From Burkholderiales bacterium (GTDB taxonomy: Bacteria; Pseudomonadota; Gammaproteobacteria; Burkholderiales; SG8-41), in assembly GCA_036262035.1 (NCBI GenBank), contig DATAJS010000010.1, forward strand, positions 724,915 through 788,914: a stretch of DNA of 64,000 nt, read 5' to 3'. The position numbers and the translations under genes are program-made. The notes under the pieces are model-generated. The model did not search any database. It was not told the DNA's origin and worked only from the letters and a program-made list of their open reading frames with translations. This document shows positions 1-12,529 of this stretch, in pieces. Within the stretch, counting starts at the first letter, position 1, and the number at the start of each line of letters is the position of its first letter.

Positions 1-304
1 GGTGAGGGAAGATGACGTGCGGCGTCGCGGTACCCAGCAGCGTATAACCGTCCGGTGTGGCATTCGCCGCGATGTCGGTGCCGATGAGACCGCCGGCGCC
101 GGTGCGGTTGTCGACGACGACCTGTTGGCCGAGCGCGTCCGTCATTCGCGTCGCGACGATGCGCACGACGATGTCGTTCGCACCGCCCGCACCGAACGGC
201 ACGATGATGCGGATGGGTTTGTCGGGATATTTCTGCGCCAGCGCCGGGCCCGTTGCGAGCAGGCCGATGCCCAGCAGCCACCACCACCTCTTCATTGCAG
301 CCAT
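1..304 (-). CDS. TctC/Bug-family periplasmic solute-binding protein, N-terminal ~100 aa only (gene continues past window start)
   Basis: Minus-strand translation reads MAAMKRWWWLLGIGLLATGPALAQKYPDKPIRIIVPFGAGG...VVDNRTGAGG...PDGYTLL. This is a signal peptide plus the PIRxIVPF and PDGYT motifs shared by the other Bug paralogs here. Absent from the ORF track because there is no in-window stop. Confidence 0.7.
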   Translation of the reverse strand, partial: MAAMKRWWWLLGIGLLATGPALAQKYPDKPIRIIVPFGAGGANDIVVRIVATRMTDALGQQVVVDNRTGAGGLIGTDIAANATPDGYTLLGTATPHVIFPH

Positions 305-391
305 GAATCCTCCTCGTGTTATTGGTGACAAGGATTCTAGTGCCAAAGAAAAAGGGGCCGTAGCCCCTTTTGTCTGGTCCCGACTCCGTGG

Positions 392-895
392 TTACTGCGG
401 CGGCACCTGCGCGGTCTGGTCTTGCGGCATCGGCTGCTGCTGCTGAACCGGCTGCTGAACGACCTGCTGGGGCTGTTGCTGCTGCGCCTGCTGCTGTTGC
501 TTCTCCTGGCGCGCTTCCTCGCGGTCTTCCTTGCGGTCCTTGCGCGTTGCCGCGCGCTTGCTCATGACGCCGCCCGCGCCCGCACCGGCTCCGGCGCCGA
601 TCGCGCCGCCGATGAGCGCTCCGGGAGGACCGCCGACCGCCATGCCCGCGGCCGCACCGGCGGTGGCGCCGCCGAGACCGCCCGCACCCGCACCGGCGCC
701 TTCGGCGGTGCTTTCCTTCATCTCTCTGCGGCCTTCCTTGCGGTCGGCTTTCTTGTCTTCTTTCTCCTGCTGCTTGCGCAGCTTCTCCTGCTCTTTCTCT
801 TCCTTGCTCTTCGCGTACACGTCCATGGCGGTGAACGGGGCGCTGGTGCCCGCGACGGCAAGCGCGACGGCGAGAGCGATGGCGCGTGCTTTCAT
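392..895 (-). CDS. secreted low-complexity protein with glycine-zipper segment and K/E-rich and Q/P-rich tails
   Basis: Internal ATG (MKARAIALAVALAVAGTSA signal peptide) inside ORF 392..1006. Contains GGPPGALIGGAIGAGAGAGAGG glycine zipper, a KEEKEQEKLRKQQEKEDKK stretch and a QQQQAQQQQPQQVVQQP tail. Confidence 0.5.
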   Translation of the reverse strand: MKARAIALAVALAVAGTSAPFTAMDVYAKSKEEKEQEKLRKQQEKEDKKADRKEGRREMKESTAEGAGAGAGGLGGATAGAAAGMAVGGPPGALIGGAIGAGAGAGAGGVMSKRAATRKDRKEDREEARQEKQQQQAQQQQPQQVVQQPVQQQQPMPQDQTAQVPPQ

Positions 896-959
896 GATGG
901 TGGCCTCCAAGATGCGATATTGCTTGTCGAGGAGCAGCGCACGTGCCTGTTTTTGCACT

Positions 960-2141
960 TCAGGTGTCACCCACCGGCAACACCTTGAGGTGCACGAGCA
1001 GCGCAAGGACGCTGGCCGTCAGGGCCGCCGCGCACACCGCGAGCCAGCCATGATGCGCGAACAGCCAGCTCGTGAGAAAAGCGCCGATCGAGTTGCCGGT
1101 CCACACGTGCAGCGCGAACACGGTGTTGGCGCGAGAGCGCGAGTCGGGCACTGCGGAGTTGATCAGGGTCTGGTTCGCCACCATTGCGGCGCGTAATCCG
1201 AGATCGAGGAGCATCACCCCCACGACCACCGCGGCGATCCACCACACGCCGAAGCCCATCACCAGCCATGCCGCGATCATCGAGCAGATGCCGGCGAGCA
1301 CGACGGGCCTCAATCCCAGGCGGTCGCTCCAGCGTCCGGCCGCGCGTGAGATCGTGATGCCCGCCGCGCCGGGTATGCCCATGAGCCCGGCTGCGGTCGG
1401 ACCGACGTGATGGAGGAGCGCGAGCATCGGCGCCGCGACCGCCCAGAAGCCGCCGTAACAGATGCCGAACATGAACTGGATCGTCGCGGCGCGCCGGATG
1501 CCGCCCTGCTCGCGGTAGAGCCGGTACAGCGATACGAGCAGCCCGCCGTAAGAGGCTTTCGAGGTCGGCCGCGTGTTCGGAAGCCGCGCCCACACCACCG
1601 GCAGGATGAGCAGCAGCATCGTGGCCGACAGCGCGTAGCTCATGCGCCAGCCGAACTGGTTGGCGATGATGCCGCCGGCGATGCGCGCGAACAGGATGCC
1701 GCTGAACATCGCGGTGAGCTGCGTGCCCAGCGCGCGGCCGCGTTCCTCCGGCTTTGCGATCTCGGCGGTGATGGCGATGTAGTGCTGGAGCAGCGACGAG
1801 CAGAGGCCCGTCACGAGACTGCCTGCTGCGAGCACCCAGATCGACGGCGCCGCCGCCATCACCGCCTGCGCGATCAGCAGCACGACCGTCTTGGTGAGGA
1901 CGAGCTTGCGCTTGTCGACGCGATCGCCCAGCGGCACGAAGAGCACGATGCCGAGCATCAATCCGCCGAACGAGCACGTCGGTATCCAACCGGTGGTCGC
2001 GGCGTCGGCGCCGAAGTCCGCCGCGATCGCCGCCAGCATCGGCGTCTGGTAATGGATGCCGCCTGCGACGATGAACGCCGCGACGATCAGCAGGAGGATG
2101 AGGTTGCGGTGGGCGGTGGGGGAGGCGGAGAGAGGCGGCAC
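960..2141 (-). CDS. MFS transporter
   Basis: Twelve hydrophobic segments. Start uncertain, chosen as the GTG before the first TM helix (VPPLSASPTAHRNLILLLIVAAF) so as not to overlap the upstream gene. Other long ORFs here are alternate-frame artefacts. Confidence 0.7.
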   Translation of the reverse strand: MPPLSASPTAHRNLILLLIVAAFIVAGGIHYQTPMLAAIAADFGADAATTGWIPTCSFGGLMLGIVLFVPLGDRVDKRKLVLTKTVVLLIAQAVMAAAPSIWVLAAGSLVTGLCSSLLQHYIAITAEIAKPEERGRALGTQLTAMFSGILFARIAGGIIANQFGWRMSYALSATMLLLILPVVWARLPNTRPTSKASYGGLLVSLYRLYREQGGIRRAATIQFMFGICYGGFWAVAAPMLALLHHVGPTAAGLMGIPGAAGITISRAAGRWSDRLGLRPVVLAGICSMIAAWLVMGFGVWWIAAVVVGVMLLDLGLRAAMVANQTLINSAVPDSRSRANTVFALHVWTGNSIGAFLTSWLFAHHGWLAVCAAALTASVLALLVHLKVLPVGDT

Positions 2142-2170
2142 CCGGCGAATGTACCAGCGAAAATCCGGAT

Positions 2171-2734
2171 TTAGTCGGGAAGAGCTCCGAGCACGGTGCG
2201 GCCTCGCCCGAGCACCTCGTCGTAGAGCTTCTCGAGCGCCGGGTTGCAGCCGCGCAGGCCCGCGACGACCTGCTCGGTCCAGTCGAGATATTCCTTGCGG
2301 CGCGAGAGCGGCCACTTCGCCGGCGGCGTGTCGGTCACGGCGATCACGTTGGCGATCTTGTCCGCGAGCTTCACCAGTTGCGCTTCCCGCGACGCATGCC
2401 GCGCGTGCTCGATCTGCAGCCGCTTGCGATCGGTCTTGAGCAGCGTCTTGTCGTCGGTCACTTCCTGCACGACTTCGCGCACGCGCTTGCCGAAGTGCTC
2501 TTCGAGCTCTTCGGCGGTGGTCTGCGTGTCCTCGATGGTGTCGTGCAGGATCGCGGCCTGGAGCACGACCAGATCGCGCACGCCGCCCACGCGCGCGAGC
2601 AGCTCGGCGACCTCGATCGGATGGTTGATGTACGGCGACGCGCCTTCGTCCTTGCGCCGCTGGTCGCGATGCTTGTCGGCGGCGAAGTGGAGCGCCTTCA
2701 GCAGAGGACCGATGGAGTCGGAGGATTCGCTCAT
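2171..2734 (-). CDS. Mesh1-like small alarmone hydrolase (RelA/SpoT HD-domain (p)ppGpp hydrolase without synthetase domain)
   Basis: [26 protein letters not shown]...[16 protein letters not shown]...VTDDKTL...LVKLADKI matches the SpoT/Mesh1 HD hydrolase signature. Start ATG overlaps the stop of the upstream small ORF (ATGA). Confidence 0.8.
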   Translation of the reverse strand: MSESSDSIGPLLKALHFAADKHRDQRRKDEGASPYINHPIEVAELLARVGGVRDLVVLQAAILHDTIEDTQTTAEELEEHFGKRVREVVQEVTDDKTLLKTDRKRLQIEHARHASREAQLVKLADKIANVIAVTDTPPAKWPLSRRKEYLDWTEQVVAGLRGCNPALEKLYDEVLGRGRTVLGALPD

Positions 2735-3027
2735 ATGGGCTTTCGCCGGACGTACGCCGCGTGCTTGCGGTTCGCTTCGTTCGCCTGGAGGGGCGGACGG
2801 CCGCGGATGAAGTCGAGCTCGACCTGCGCCTCGGGCAGGAGCTTATTCCTGATGCGCTCGCGCAGCGTCTGCTCGACGCCGTCGAGGTCGGCGACGCGCG
2901 CCACCCGGACGTCGGCGGCGAAGGCGGCGGAAGCGGCGACCCAAAGAACCAAGGGCAAAGTCAAAATGGGTCCGCGCCTGGGCGGGATCGACGGGCTCGG
3001 GTGCGACACGGTCGACTCCCTGGTCAA
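2731..3027 (-). CDS. hypothetical small secreted protein (98 aa)
   Basis: TTG start overlapping the stop of the C45 gene (TTGA). Hydrophobic signal-like segment [20 protein letters not shown]. Stop overlaps the start of the alarmone hydrolase. Confidence 0.45.
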   Translation of the reverse strand: MTRESTVSHPSPSIPPRRGPILTLPLVLWVAASAAFAADVRVARVADLDGVEQTLRERIRNKLLPEAQVELDFIRGRPPLQANEANRKHAAYVRRKPI

Positions 3028-4145
3028 GCCGCCGCCGCGGTGCGCGGTTCGGCGCCGGGCAGGTAGACCGGCTGATATTCGGAACGATTCGGCTGCCCCG
3101 GCGCGACGTGCATGACTTCGTTACTCATGTCGAAGACGATCGAGGCGATCGTCATCGTCGGACCCTGCCCCGGATAGTCGTGCGGGGCGCGGCAGATGGC
3201 TCGCGGCGCGCCGAACTCGTCGCGCAGCGTCGCTTTGACGTCTTCGACCGTGATCGACCCGATCTTCGGCTCGAGTAGCTGGCGCGCGCGGAAGTCCCTG
3301 TACAGGCTGTCGCCGTTGAACGAGCTCGCCACGCCGTGCGCGTGGGCCGCCGACGCCTGGAAATGGTTGGCGTGCGTCAGCAGGCCGCGCTCGGGATAGA
3401 CCGGGTAGACGTTGTCGGGCGTGGTCTCGAAATCGATGCCGACGCCGTCGCGGTGCGCGATGACGTAATTGCCCGAAGCGCCGCGCGCCGAGCGCGTCAG
3501 GATGTCGATCGCCTCGTAGTAGTGCCGCGAGTTCAGGATGCGCCGGCGCAGGATCGGGATCGGCACGCCCACCTTGCCCTTGTCGGCGCTCGACGTGAGC
3601 ATGTTGCCGCAGACCATGATGCCGTGCTCGTTCATTCCGTCGCGGCCCACCATGCCCGCTTCGACGATCAGCGTCAGCGCCGGTTTGTCGTGCTGCCGGA
3701 TGCGCAGCAGGACCACCGAGTCGAGCGCCGGGCTGCGCCAGTCCCAGTTCTTGCCGACGATGACGCCCTTGTCCTTCGTCGCCTCCGGCAGCGCGATGAT
3801 GGTGGTGCACTCGGTCGCCGCGCGATGGCCGCGCGCCGCGCCGTACATGAGCTCGGTGCGGCAGTTCACCGCGACGATGTCTTCGAGCTGCTGCCGCGCG
3901 CCTTCGGCGATGCCTTTGAGCTCCGAGACGATCGCGGAGTCGATCGCTTCGATCTGCGCGAGGAAGCCGCGCGCACGCTCGCGCACCTCGTCGAGAGTGA
4001 GCTTCGAATGCCGGCCGAACACGCCGAGGTAGAACCGGATCGTGCGCGCCACGCGCTCGGCCGCGCGCTCGCCGTGCTGCACGCCGCACTCGCGGGCGTC
4101 GCCTTCGATGTCGATGACCGGAAACGCTTCGTAAACGGTCTTCAT
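3024..4145 (-). CDS. peptidase C45 family / acyl-CoA:6-aminopenicillanic-acid acyltransferase-like N-terminal-nucleophile hydrolase
   Basis: Internal ATG (MKTVYEAFPVIDIEG) with AGGA-type RBS. Likely autoproteolytic Gly-Cys site (AARGHRAATECTTIIALPE), then GKNWDW. Start overlaps the TctC stop (ATGA). Confidence 0.75.
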   Translation of the reverse strand: MKTVYEAFPVIDIEGDARECGVQHGERAAERVARTIRFYLGVFGRHSKLTLDEVRERARGFLAQIEAIDSAIVSELKGIAEGARQQLEDIVAVNCRTELMYGAARGHRAATECTTIIALPEATKDKGVIVGKNWDWRSPALDSVVLLRIRQHDKPALTLIVEAGMVGRDGMNEHGIMVCGNMLTSSADKGKVGVPIPILRRRILNSRHYYEAIDILTRSARGASGNYVIAHRDGVGIDFETTPDNVYPVYPERGLLTHANHFQASAAHAHGVASSFNGDSLYRDFRARQLLEPKIGSITVEDVKATLRDEFGAPRAICRAPHDYPGQGPTMTIASIVFDMSNEVMHVAPGQPNRSEYQPVYLPGAEPRTAAAA

Positions 4146-5095
4146 TCGATCCTGATCCCCGCGTCGTGGATGATTTTCCCGAGCTTCTGAATGTTCGCCG
4201 CGAGCATCTGCTCGAGCTGCTGCGGCGAGCTCGACGCGGGCTCGAGCCCGGAATCGAGCATGACCTTCTTCACTTCCGCTGCGCCCATCATCTTCTGGAT
4301 CTCGGCGTTGAGCAACGCGACCACCTCCCGCGGCATGCCCGCCGGGCCGTATACACCCATCCACGACGGAAAGTCGTAGCCGGGCAGGCCGGTCTCGGCG
4401 ATCGAGGGGATCTGGGGCGCGGCGGTCGTGCGCCTCAAAGACGTCACGCCGATCGCCCGGACTTTACCCGACTTCACCTGTTGCAGGGCCGCCGCGATCA
4501 CCCCGAAGTTCATGTCGACCTGGCCCGACATGATGCCCACGTACGCCGGACCGCTGCCCTGGTAAGGCACGTGCACGATGTCGATCCTGGCGATCGACTT
4601 GAAGAGCTCGCCCGCGAGATGCGGGCCTTGTCCGGTGCCGGACGAGGCGAAGTTGAGCTTGCCGGGCTGCGCTTTCGCGAGCGCGATCAGCTCCTTCGCG
4701 GTCCTGGCCGGCACCGAAGGATGCACGACCAGCAGCAGCGGGTAGGTCGCGAACAGCGAGATCGGCTGGAAGTCGCGCAGGAGATCGAGCTTCACGTTGG
4801 GACGCAGCGCAGGCAGGGCCGCCATCGCGCTGCCCGCCATCAGCAGCGTGTAACCGTCGGGCGCCGAGCGAGCGACGTATTCGCGTCCGATGAGCGCGCC
4901 CCCGCCCGGCCTGTTCTCAACGACGAAGCGGCGGTTGAGCGATTCGGAGAGCCGCTGCGCGAGCAGGCGTCCCATGAAATCGTCCGAGCCGCCCGGCGGC
5001 GCGGTGACGACCACGCGCACCGGCCTGGAGGGATAGGACTGAGCGTGCGACAGCAGCGACACGCACGCGAGCGTGCAGGCGACCAGCAGTTTCAA
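4142..5095 (-). CDS. TctC/Bug-family periplasmic solute-binding protein
   Basis: TTG start preceded by AGGAGA at 6 nt. MKLLVACTLACVSLLSHAQSYPSRPVRVVVTAPPGG...APDGYTLL. Confidence 0.85.
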   Translation of the reverse strand: MKLLVACTLACVSLLSHAQSYPSRPVRVVVTAPPGGSDDFMGRLLAQRLSESLNRRFVVENRPGGGALIGREYVARSAPDGYTLLMAGSAMAALPALRPNVKLDLLRDFQPISLFATYPLLLVVHPSVPARTAKELIALAKAQPGKLNFASSGTGQGPHLAGELFKSIARIDIVHVPYQGSGPAYVGIMSGQVDMNFGVIAAALQQVKSGKVRAIGVTSLRRTTAAPQIPSIAETGLPGYDFPSWMGVYGPAGMPREVVALLNAEIQKMMGAAEVKKVMLDSGLEPASSSPQQLEQMLAANIQKLGKIIHDAGIRIE

Positions 5096-5120
5096 CGTTC
5101 TTCTCCTCGTGATTGGACGC

Positions 5121-5765
5121 TTATCCGCCTTGTCCGAAGGTATCGGGTTCGGAGGCAAGGTATTCGTGTTCCTCGGGCGTCGATGTGCGGCCGAGGACGA
5201 GATTGCGATGCGGGAATCGCCCGAAACGCTCGACGATCTCGAGGTGCCGGCGCTGGAAGTCGAGGCAGTTCGCGGTGAACGCGTGCCACTCGGCGGGCGC
5301 CTTGGCATGCAGCCGTTCGAACCGGACCACGCCTTCGCGCTGGACCGCCGCGTCTTCGGCATGCTGATACGGCATGAGCAGGAACGCCTGCTCGGGAATG
5401 GAGAGCGCGTCGAGGTACCCGGCGGCGACGCCGTGCCGCGCGGCTTCGAGCGCGCGCGCGTCGTGCGCGAACGCGGCGGAGGTGTTGCGGAACGCGTTGC
5501 GCGGGAACTGGTCGAGCGCGACGACGAGCGCCACGCACGAGCGCGGCGTCGTCTTCCACGACGCGAGCTCGCCGCGGCCCGCGGCCGCGATGGTCGCGTC
5601 GAAGCGTCCCCCGATCTGCGCGTCGAATGCGGGCGAGGTGCCGTACCAGACCTTGTTGCGCGCCTGCGCGGCTTGCGGGTCGTGCGTCGCGTCGGCGAAC
5701 CAGAAGCGATGCACCTCGTCGGGCAGGGCGATCGACCCGGTGCGATCGTCGCGGCTTGTCTGCAT
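5121..5765 (-). CDS. DUF924-family protein
   Basis: FWF...VALDQFPRNAFR...RFGRFPHRN motifs typical of DUF924. First gene of the coupled minus-strand operon. Confidence 0.7.
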   Translation of the reverse strand: MQTSRDDRTGSIALPDEVHRFWFADATHDPQAAQARNKVWYGTSPAFDAQIGGRFDATIAAAGRGELASWKTTPRSCVALVVALDQFPRNAFRNTSAAFAHDARALEAARHGVAAGYLDALSIPEQAFLLMPYQHAEDAAVQREGVVRFERLHAKAPAEWHAFTANCLDFQRRHLEIVERFGRFPHRNLVLGRTSTPEEHEYLASEPDTFGQGG

Positions 5766-5826
5766 TCTCGTTGTGGCGATGACGGACTAGCGCGATGATA
5801 AGCCACTCACAAGGAGGAGATCGACA

Positions 5827-7038
5827 ATGGCCAAAGGTCCGTTGGATGGAGTGAAAGTCGTCGCGTGCTCGACCGCTCAGGCGGGCACGGTGCCCTACAT
5901 GCTGATGGCCGACCTCGGGGCGGAGGTCATCAAGATCGAAGTGCCGGGGAAAGGAGACAACTCGCGCGGCTCGAGCATCTTCCCCGGTCTGCCGAGCACG
6001 TACTTCGAGACCAACAACCGCGGCGTGAAGAGCGTCACGCTCAATCTCAAGCTGCCCGAGGCGCGCGAGATCCTGTACAAGCTCGTCGCGCGCGCGGACA
6101 TCTTCGGGCAGAACTTCCGGCCGGGCGCGGCGGAGAAGAACGGCTACGGTTACGAGGATTTGAAGAAGATCAATCCCAAGCTCGTCTACGTGTCGGTCTC
6201 GGGCTACGGGCCCAAAGGGCCGCACGCCTCGCTGCCCGGCACCGATTCGATGGCGCAGGCGCTCGGCGGCATCGCCGAAGCGTATTCGACGCCGGGACAG
6301 CCGATGAAGATCGGCGTCGTCTCGGTCGCGGACGAAACCTGCGCGATCCTCGCTTTCGGCGGCATGCTCGCGGCGCTGCACTGCGCGCGCACTCAGGGCA
6401 TCGGGCAGAAAGTCGAGTGCTCGCTGCTCGGCGGGCAGATCCGCCTCATGGGCTGGACGCTGACGACCTCGATGTGGCGCGAGCGCGCACCGGTAACGGG
6501 GCAGGCGCGCATCACCGGCACGCCGCAAAGACCGGGCTTGAGCGCGAGCTTCAACGACGCGAACGGCAAGCCCTTCGTGTTCCAGCTCAACGGCGCGAAG
6601 AAATGGAAGGAAGCGACGGCCGCGCTCGGTTTCGCCGATGCGTTGAGCCAGGCGGGCTTCGCCGATCTCGGCGTCGTGATCGGCAACGAGGACCGGCGCC
6701 GCGCGCTGCTCGCCAAGCTCGACGAGCTCTTCGCCACAGGCCCGCGCGACAAGTGGGTCGAGATCCTGCGCGCCGCCGACATCGTGTCGGCGCCGATCAA
6801 CACCCTACTGGAAGCGGCGAGCGATCCGGACGTGCTCGCGAACGGCTACGTCACCGAGGTCGACTATCCGGAATACGGCAAGAAGCTCAAGGTCCACGGC
6901 TCGCCGTGGAATTTCTCCGAGACCCCGGCGAAGATCGGCGTCGCGCCCAAGCTCGGCGAGCACAACGAGGAAGTGCTGAAGTCGCTGGGCTACGGCGACG
7001 GCGATATCGCACGCTTTCGCGAGCGCGAGGTGATCTGA
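5827..7038 (+). CDS. family III CoA-transferase (CaiB/BaiF type)
   Basis: AAGGAGGAG RBS. MAKGPLDGVKVVACSTAQAGTVPYMLMADLGAEVIKIE... conserved family III N-terminus, 403 aa. Confidence 0.9.
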   Translation: MAKGPLDGVKVVACSTAQAGTVPYMLMADLGAEVIKIEVPGKGDNSRGSSIFPGLPSTYFETNNRGVKSVTLNLKLPEAREILYKLVARADIFGQNFRPGAAEKNGYGYEDLKKINPKLVYVSVSGYGPKGPHASLPGTDSMAQALGGIAEAYSTPGQPMKIGVVSVADETCAILAFGGMLAALHCARTQGIGQKVECSLLGGQIRLMGWTLTTSMWRERAPVTGQARITGTPQRPGLSASFNDANGKPFVFQLNGAKKWKEATAALGFADALSQAGFADLGVVIGNEDRRRALLAKLDELFATGPRDKWVEILRAADIVSAPINTLLEAASDPDVLANGYVTEVDYPEYGKKLKVHGSPWNFSETPAKIGVAPKLGEHNEEVLKSLGYGDGDIARFREREVI

Positions 7039-7040
7039 TC

Positions 7041-7135
7041 GTGCGCCACGGGATCGCTTCGGCATCGCTTCGGAGCCGCTTCGCGATGACGTCATTGCGA
7101 GGAGCGATGCGACGAAGCAATCCCGAGGCGCTCGG
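7041..7135. repeat. family-3 palindromic intergenic repeat (gtcattgcgaggag...ctcctcgcaatgac type)
   Basis: Related to copies near 19026, 40282, 40811, 42877 and 52102. Translates in ORF tracks as HGIASS / VIARSDATKQS. Confidence 0.7.
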
Positions 7136-7137
7136 TC

Positions 7138-9809
<2,672 letters not shown>

Positions 9810-9822
<13 letters not shown>

Positions 9823-10385
9823 GCGCAGCGTTCCGTGATCGCGCCGGTGCGTTTGAGGCTCGCGGTGTACGCGTCGAACGTCGCGGCAGCCATGCCGCAG
9901 GCGGCGTCGGCGTCGTCCTTCGATGCCGTCGCCGACCAGGCGTCGAGTCGCTCGAGCCATTCGCGCCATTTGCGGCCGGTTCCCGGCTCACGCAGACGCA
10001 GATAGGACGTCGGGAAATCACTGCCCAGATTCTCCTCGACGCTGCGTGCGAGGACGAGCCCGCCGAGCGAAGAGCCTTCGAGCACGTAGGCGCAGCCGTA
10101 GGCTTCGGCGAGCTCGGTGGGAGTGGGCACGAGGAAATCGGCATCGCGCTCCTCGATGCCGAGACGGGCGAGATCGGAACGCACGCGTTCGGCGCGAGGG
10201 GGGCCGTCCGGCAGCACCGGCCACCGGGCGAGCGCGTTTTCCAGCGGCGCCACGACCGCCAGCACGCCGCGCAGGAAAGCCGCGTATCGGTCGGGCGTGA
10301 GACCGCTGACGGCAAAGTCGAGCGCCGCGTCGAGACGCGCATGCGGCGCGCGGGTGCGCTCGCGTAGGAGGGACAGGAGATTCAC
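9810..10385 (-). CDS. bphO: haem oxygenase (BphO type, biliverdin-producing)
   Basis: VNLLSLLRERTRAPHARLDAALD haem-oxygenase N-terminus. GTG start. 13-nt overlap with bphP start. Confidence 0.65.
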
Positions 10386-10432
10386 AGGGCGAAGAGCGTG
10401 TGAGCAGCCATTGTAACGGCGCCCGGCCCCGG

Positions 10433-11518
10433 TCACTTCACCCGATACTTCGCCAGCGCCTCTTCGCTGAACTCCATCCCGTGCCCCGGCCGGTGCGGCA
10501 CGCGGAGGAATCCGTTGTCGACCACCGGCTCTTCCTGCCACACCCTGGTGCGCGTGATCGACCACTCGAGCAGCGTCGCGTTCGGGATCGCCGCCAGGAC
10601 GTGTATCGAAAGCTCCGGCGCGAGGTGCGGCGCGATGCCGATGTCGTACGCCGCGGCGAGGTGCGAGATCTTCAACAGCTCGCTGAAGCCGCCGCAGCGC
10701 ATGATGTCGGGGTTCAGGATCGAAGCGGCTTTCTGTTCCACCAGGTCGCGGAAGCCGTAGCGCGTGTACTCGTTCTCGCCGGTGGCGACCGGGATGTTGA
10801 TCCGCCGCGCGACTTCGGCGCACTGGCCGATGTTGTCGGCGTAGACCGGCTCTTCGTACCAGAAGATGTCGCAGGGCTCGATCGCGTTGGCGAGCCGCAC
10901 GTTGGAATGCACGTCGAGGCGCTGGTTGACGTCGACGAGGAGACGCGGCGCGTCGCCGATCGCCTTGCGCACCGCCGCCACGCGCTTCACGTTCGCCATG
11001 AGGTCGGGCAGCGGCGCGAGACCGACTTTCATCTTGTAGTGCTTCGCGCCGATGGCGAAGGTCGCTTCGGCTTCCTTCACGATGTCGTCGACGCTGTAGC
11101 TCAGGAAGCCGCCGCCGCCGTATACCGGGACCTTGTCGCTCACCGCGCCCCAGAGCTGCCACAGCGGGCGCTGCACCGATTTGCCGACGATGTCCCACAG
11201 CGCGATGTCGACCGCGCTCAAGGCATACATGGGGATGCCTTTCTTGCGGATGCCGCGGTCGGCGTCGTACATCTTCTGCCACAGCCGGCCGGTGTGGGTC
11301 GGGTCTTCGCCTTCGAGCAGCGGCGCGAGATTGTCCTTGAGATAGGCCTGCACCGAGCTCGCGCCGTTGCCGCCGACGAGCATCGTGTAGCCGAGGCCTT
11401 CGATGCCTTCGTCGGTCTTCACCCGCACGACGACGTAGCTGTTGTTCGGGTAGTACGTATTGCGCGGCGGCGGTGTGGCGACGTCGAGGCGGGAGATGTC
11501 GATCGCGCGGATTTTCAT
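10433..11518 (-). CDS. enolase-superfamily enzyme (mandelate racemase/muconate lactonizing family, sugar-acid dehydratase-like)
   Basis: 361 aa. KxK (YKMKVG), Mg-ligand D/E/D spacing (VDVNQ..., EEP, ATGENE). Confidence 0.85.
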   Translation of the reverse strand: MKIRAIDISRLDVATPPPRNTYYPNNSYVVVRVKTDEGIEGLGYTMLVGGNGASSVQAYLKDNLAPLLEGEDPTHTGRLWQKMYDADRGIRKKGIPMYALSAVDIALWDIVGKSVQRPLWQLWGAVSDKVPVYGGGGFLSYSVDDIVKEAEATFAIGAKHYKMKVGLAPLPDLMANVKRVAAVRKAIGDAPRLLVDVNQRLDVHSNVRLANAIEPCDIFWYEEPVYADNIGQCAEVARRINIPVATGENEYTRYGFRDLVEQKAASILNPDIMRCGGFSELLKISHLAAAYDIGIAPHLAPELSIHVLAAIPNATLLEWSITRTRVWQEEPVVDNGFLRVPHRPGHGMEFSEEALAKYRVK

Positions 11519-11565
11519 GAGAACACTCGCGGTAGTTGTCGATTCATTGTAATAGACTCATCCGC

Positions 11566-12528
11566 ATGAATACCTTCCTCCGCATTGCTCCCGTCATGCT
11601 CGCGCTCGCCGCCGGTTACGCGTGCGCGCAGTCGTATCCCACGCGTCCCGTCCGTATCGTGATCCCGTATCCGCCCGGCGGCGGCACCGACGTGATGGGA
11701 CGCCGCATCGCGCACGAGCTCACGCCGCGCCTCGGACAGTCGGTGGTGGTCGAGAACATCGGCGGCGCGGGCGGCAACATCGGCATGCGGCAGGTCGCGC
11801 AGAGCGCGCCCGACGGATACACGCTCGTGCTCGCGCTCACCGCGCAATGGGCGGTGAACGTCAGCGTCTTTCCGAAGCTGCCGTACGATCCGCTGAAGGA
11901 TTTCGAGCCGGTCACGACGCTCGCGGTCGCGCCGTACGTGCTCGTCACGCATCCGAGCCTGCCGGCGACGTCGACCGCGGAGCTGATCGCGCTCGCGAAG
12001 AGGATGCCGGGCAAGCTTTCCTATGGCTCGGCGGGCAACGGCAGCGGGCAGCACCTGGGCATGGAGCTTTTTAAGAGCATGACCCGGATCGACCTTCAGC
12101 ACGTCCCGTACAAAGGCGGCGCGCCGGCGATGATCGACGCGATCAGCGGCATGGTGCCGATCACGCTGCAGACCTACACCTCGATCATCGGTCCGACCAA
12201 GGCCGGGAAGCTGCGCGCGCTCGGGGTGACGACCCGGCAGCGCGTGCCGGCGCTCGCGAGCGTGCCCGCGATCGCCGAGGCGGTGCCGGGCTACCAGTCC
12301 GAGGTCTGGTATCTCGTCGGCGTGCCCGCGGCGGCGCCGAAGGAGATCGTCGCGCGGCTCAACACCGAGCTCGTGCAGATCCTGCGCACACCCGCGATGC
12401 GCCAGACGCTGGAAGCCGACGCCAACGTGATCGTCGCCAACTCGCCCGCCGAAGCGCGCGAGTTCGTGAGGAGCGAGATCGCGAAATGGGCGAAGGTCGT
12501 GAAGACGGTCGGCGTGCGCCTCGATTGA
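11566..12528 (+). CDS. TctC/Bug-family periplasmic solute-binding protein
   Basis: MNTFLRIAPVMLALAAGYACAQSYPTRPVRIVIPYPPGGGTD...APDGYTLV. Confidence 0.85.
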   Translation: MNTFLRIAPVMLALAAGYACAQSYPTRPVRIVIPYPPGGGTDVMGRRIAHELTPRLGQSVVVENIGGAGGNIGMRQVAQSAPDGYTLVLALTAQWAVNVSVFPKLPYDPLKDFEPVTTLAVAPYVLVTHPSLPATSTAELIALAKRMPGKLSYGSAGNGSGQHLGMELFKSMTRIDLQHVPYKGGAPAMIDAISGMVPITLQTYTSIIGPTKAGKLRALGVTTRQRVPALASVPAIAEAVPGYQSEVWYLVGVPAAAPKEIVARLNTELVQILRTPAMRQTLEADANVIVANSPAEAREFVRSEIAKWAKVVKTVGVRLD

Positions 12529-12529
12529 T

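Noticed and set aside
967-2174. 340-aa (minus) and 255-aa (plus) ORFs over the MFS transporter
   Set aside because: No motifs and highly charged. The MFS frame shows 12 TM segments
3121-4089. 322-aa and 284-aa ORFs overlapping the C45 gene
   Set aside because: Arg-rich nonsense frames. The C45 frame has clear family motifs and coupled start/stop overlaps with its neighbours
4142-5830. Apparent 1-nt disagreements between coordinates I counted from the line labels and the ORF-track coordinates (for example around 4143/4365 and 5760)
   Set aside because: Most likely my own character-counting error on long lines rather than a real indel. I used the ORF-track coordinates as the reference and flagged repeat and RNA coordinates as approximate
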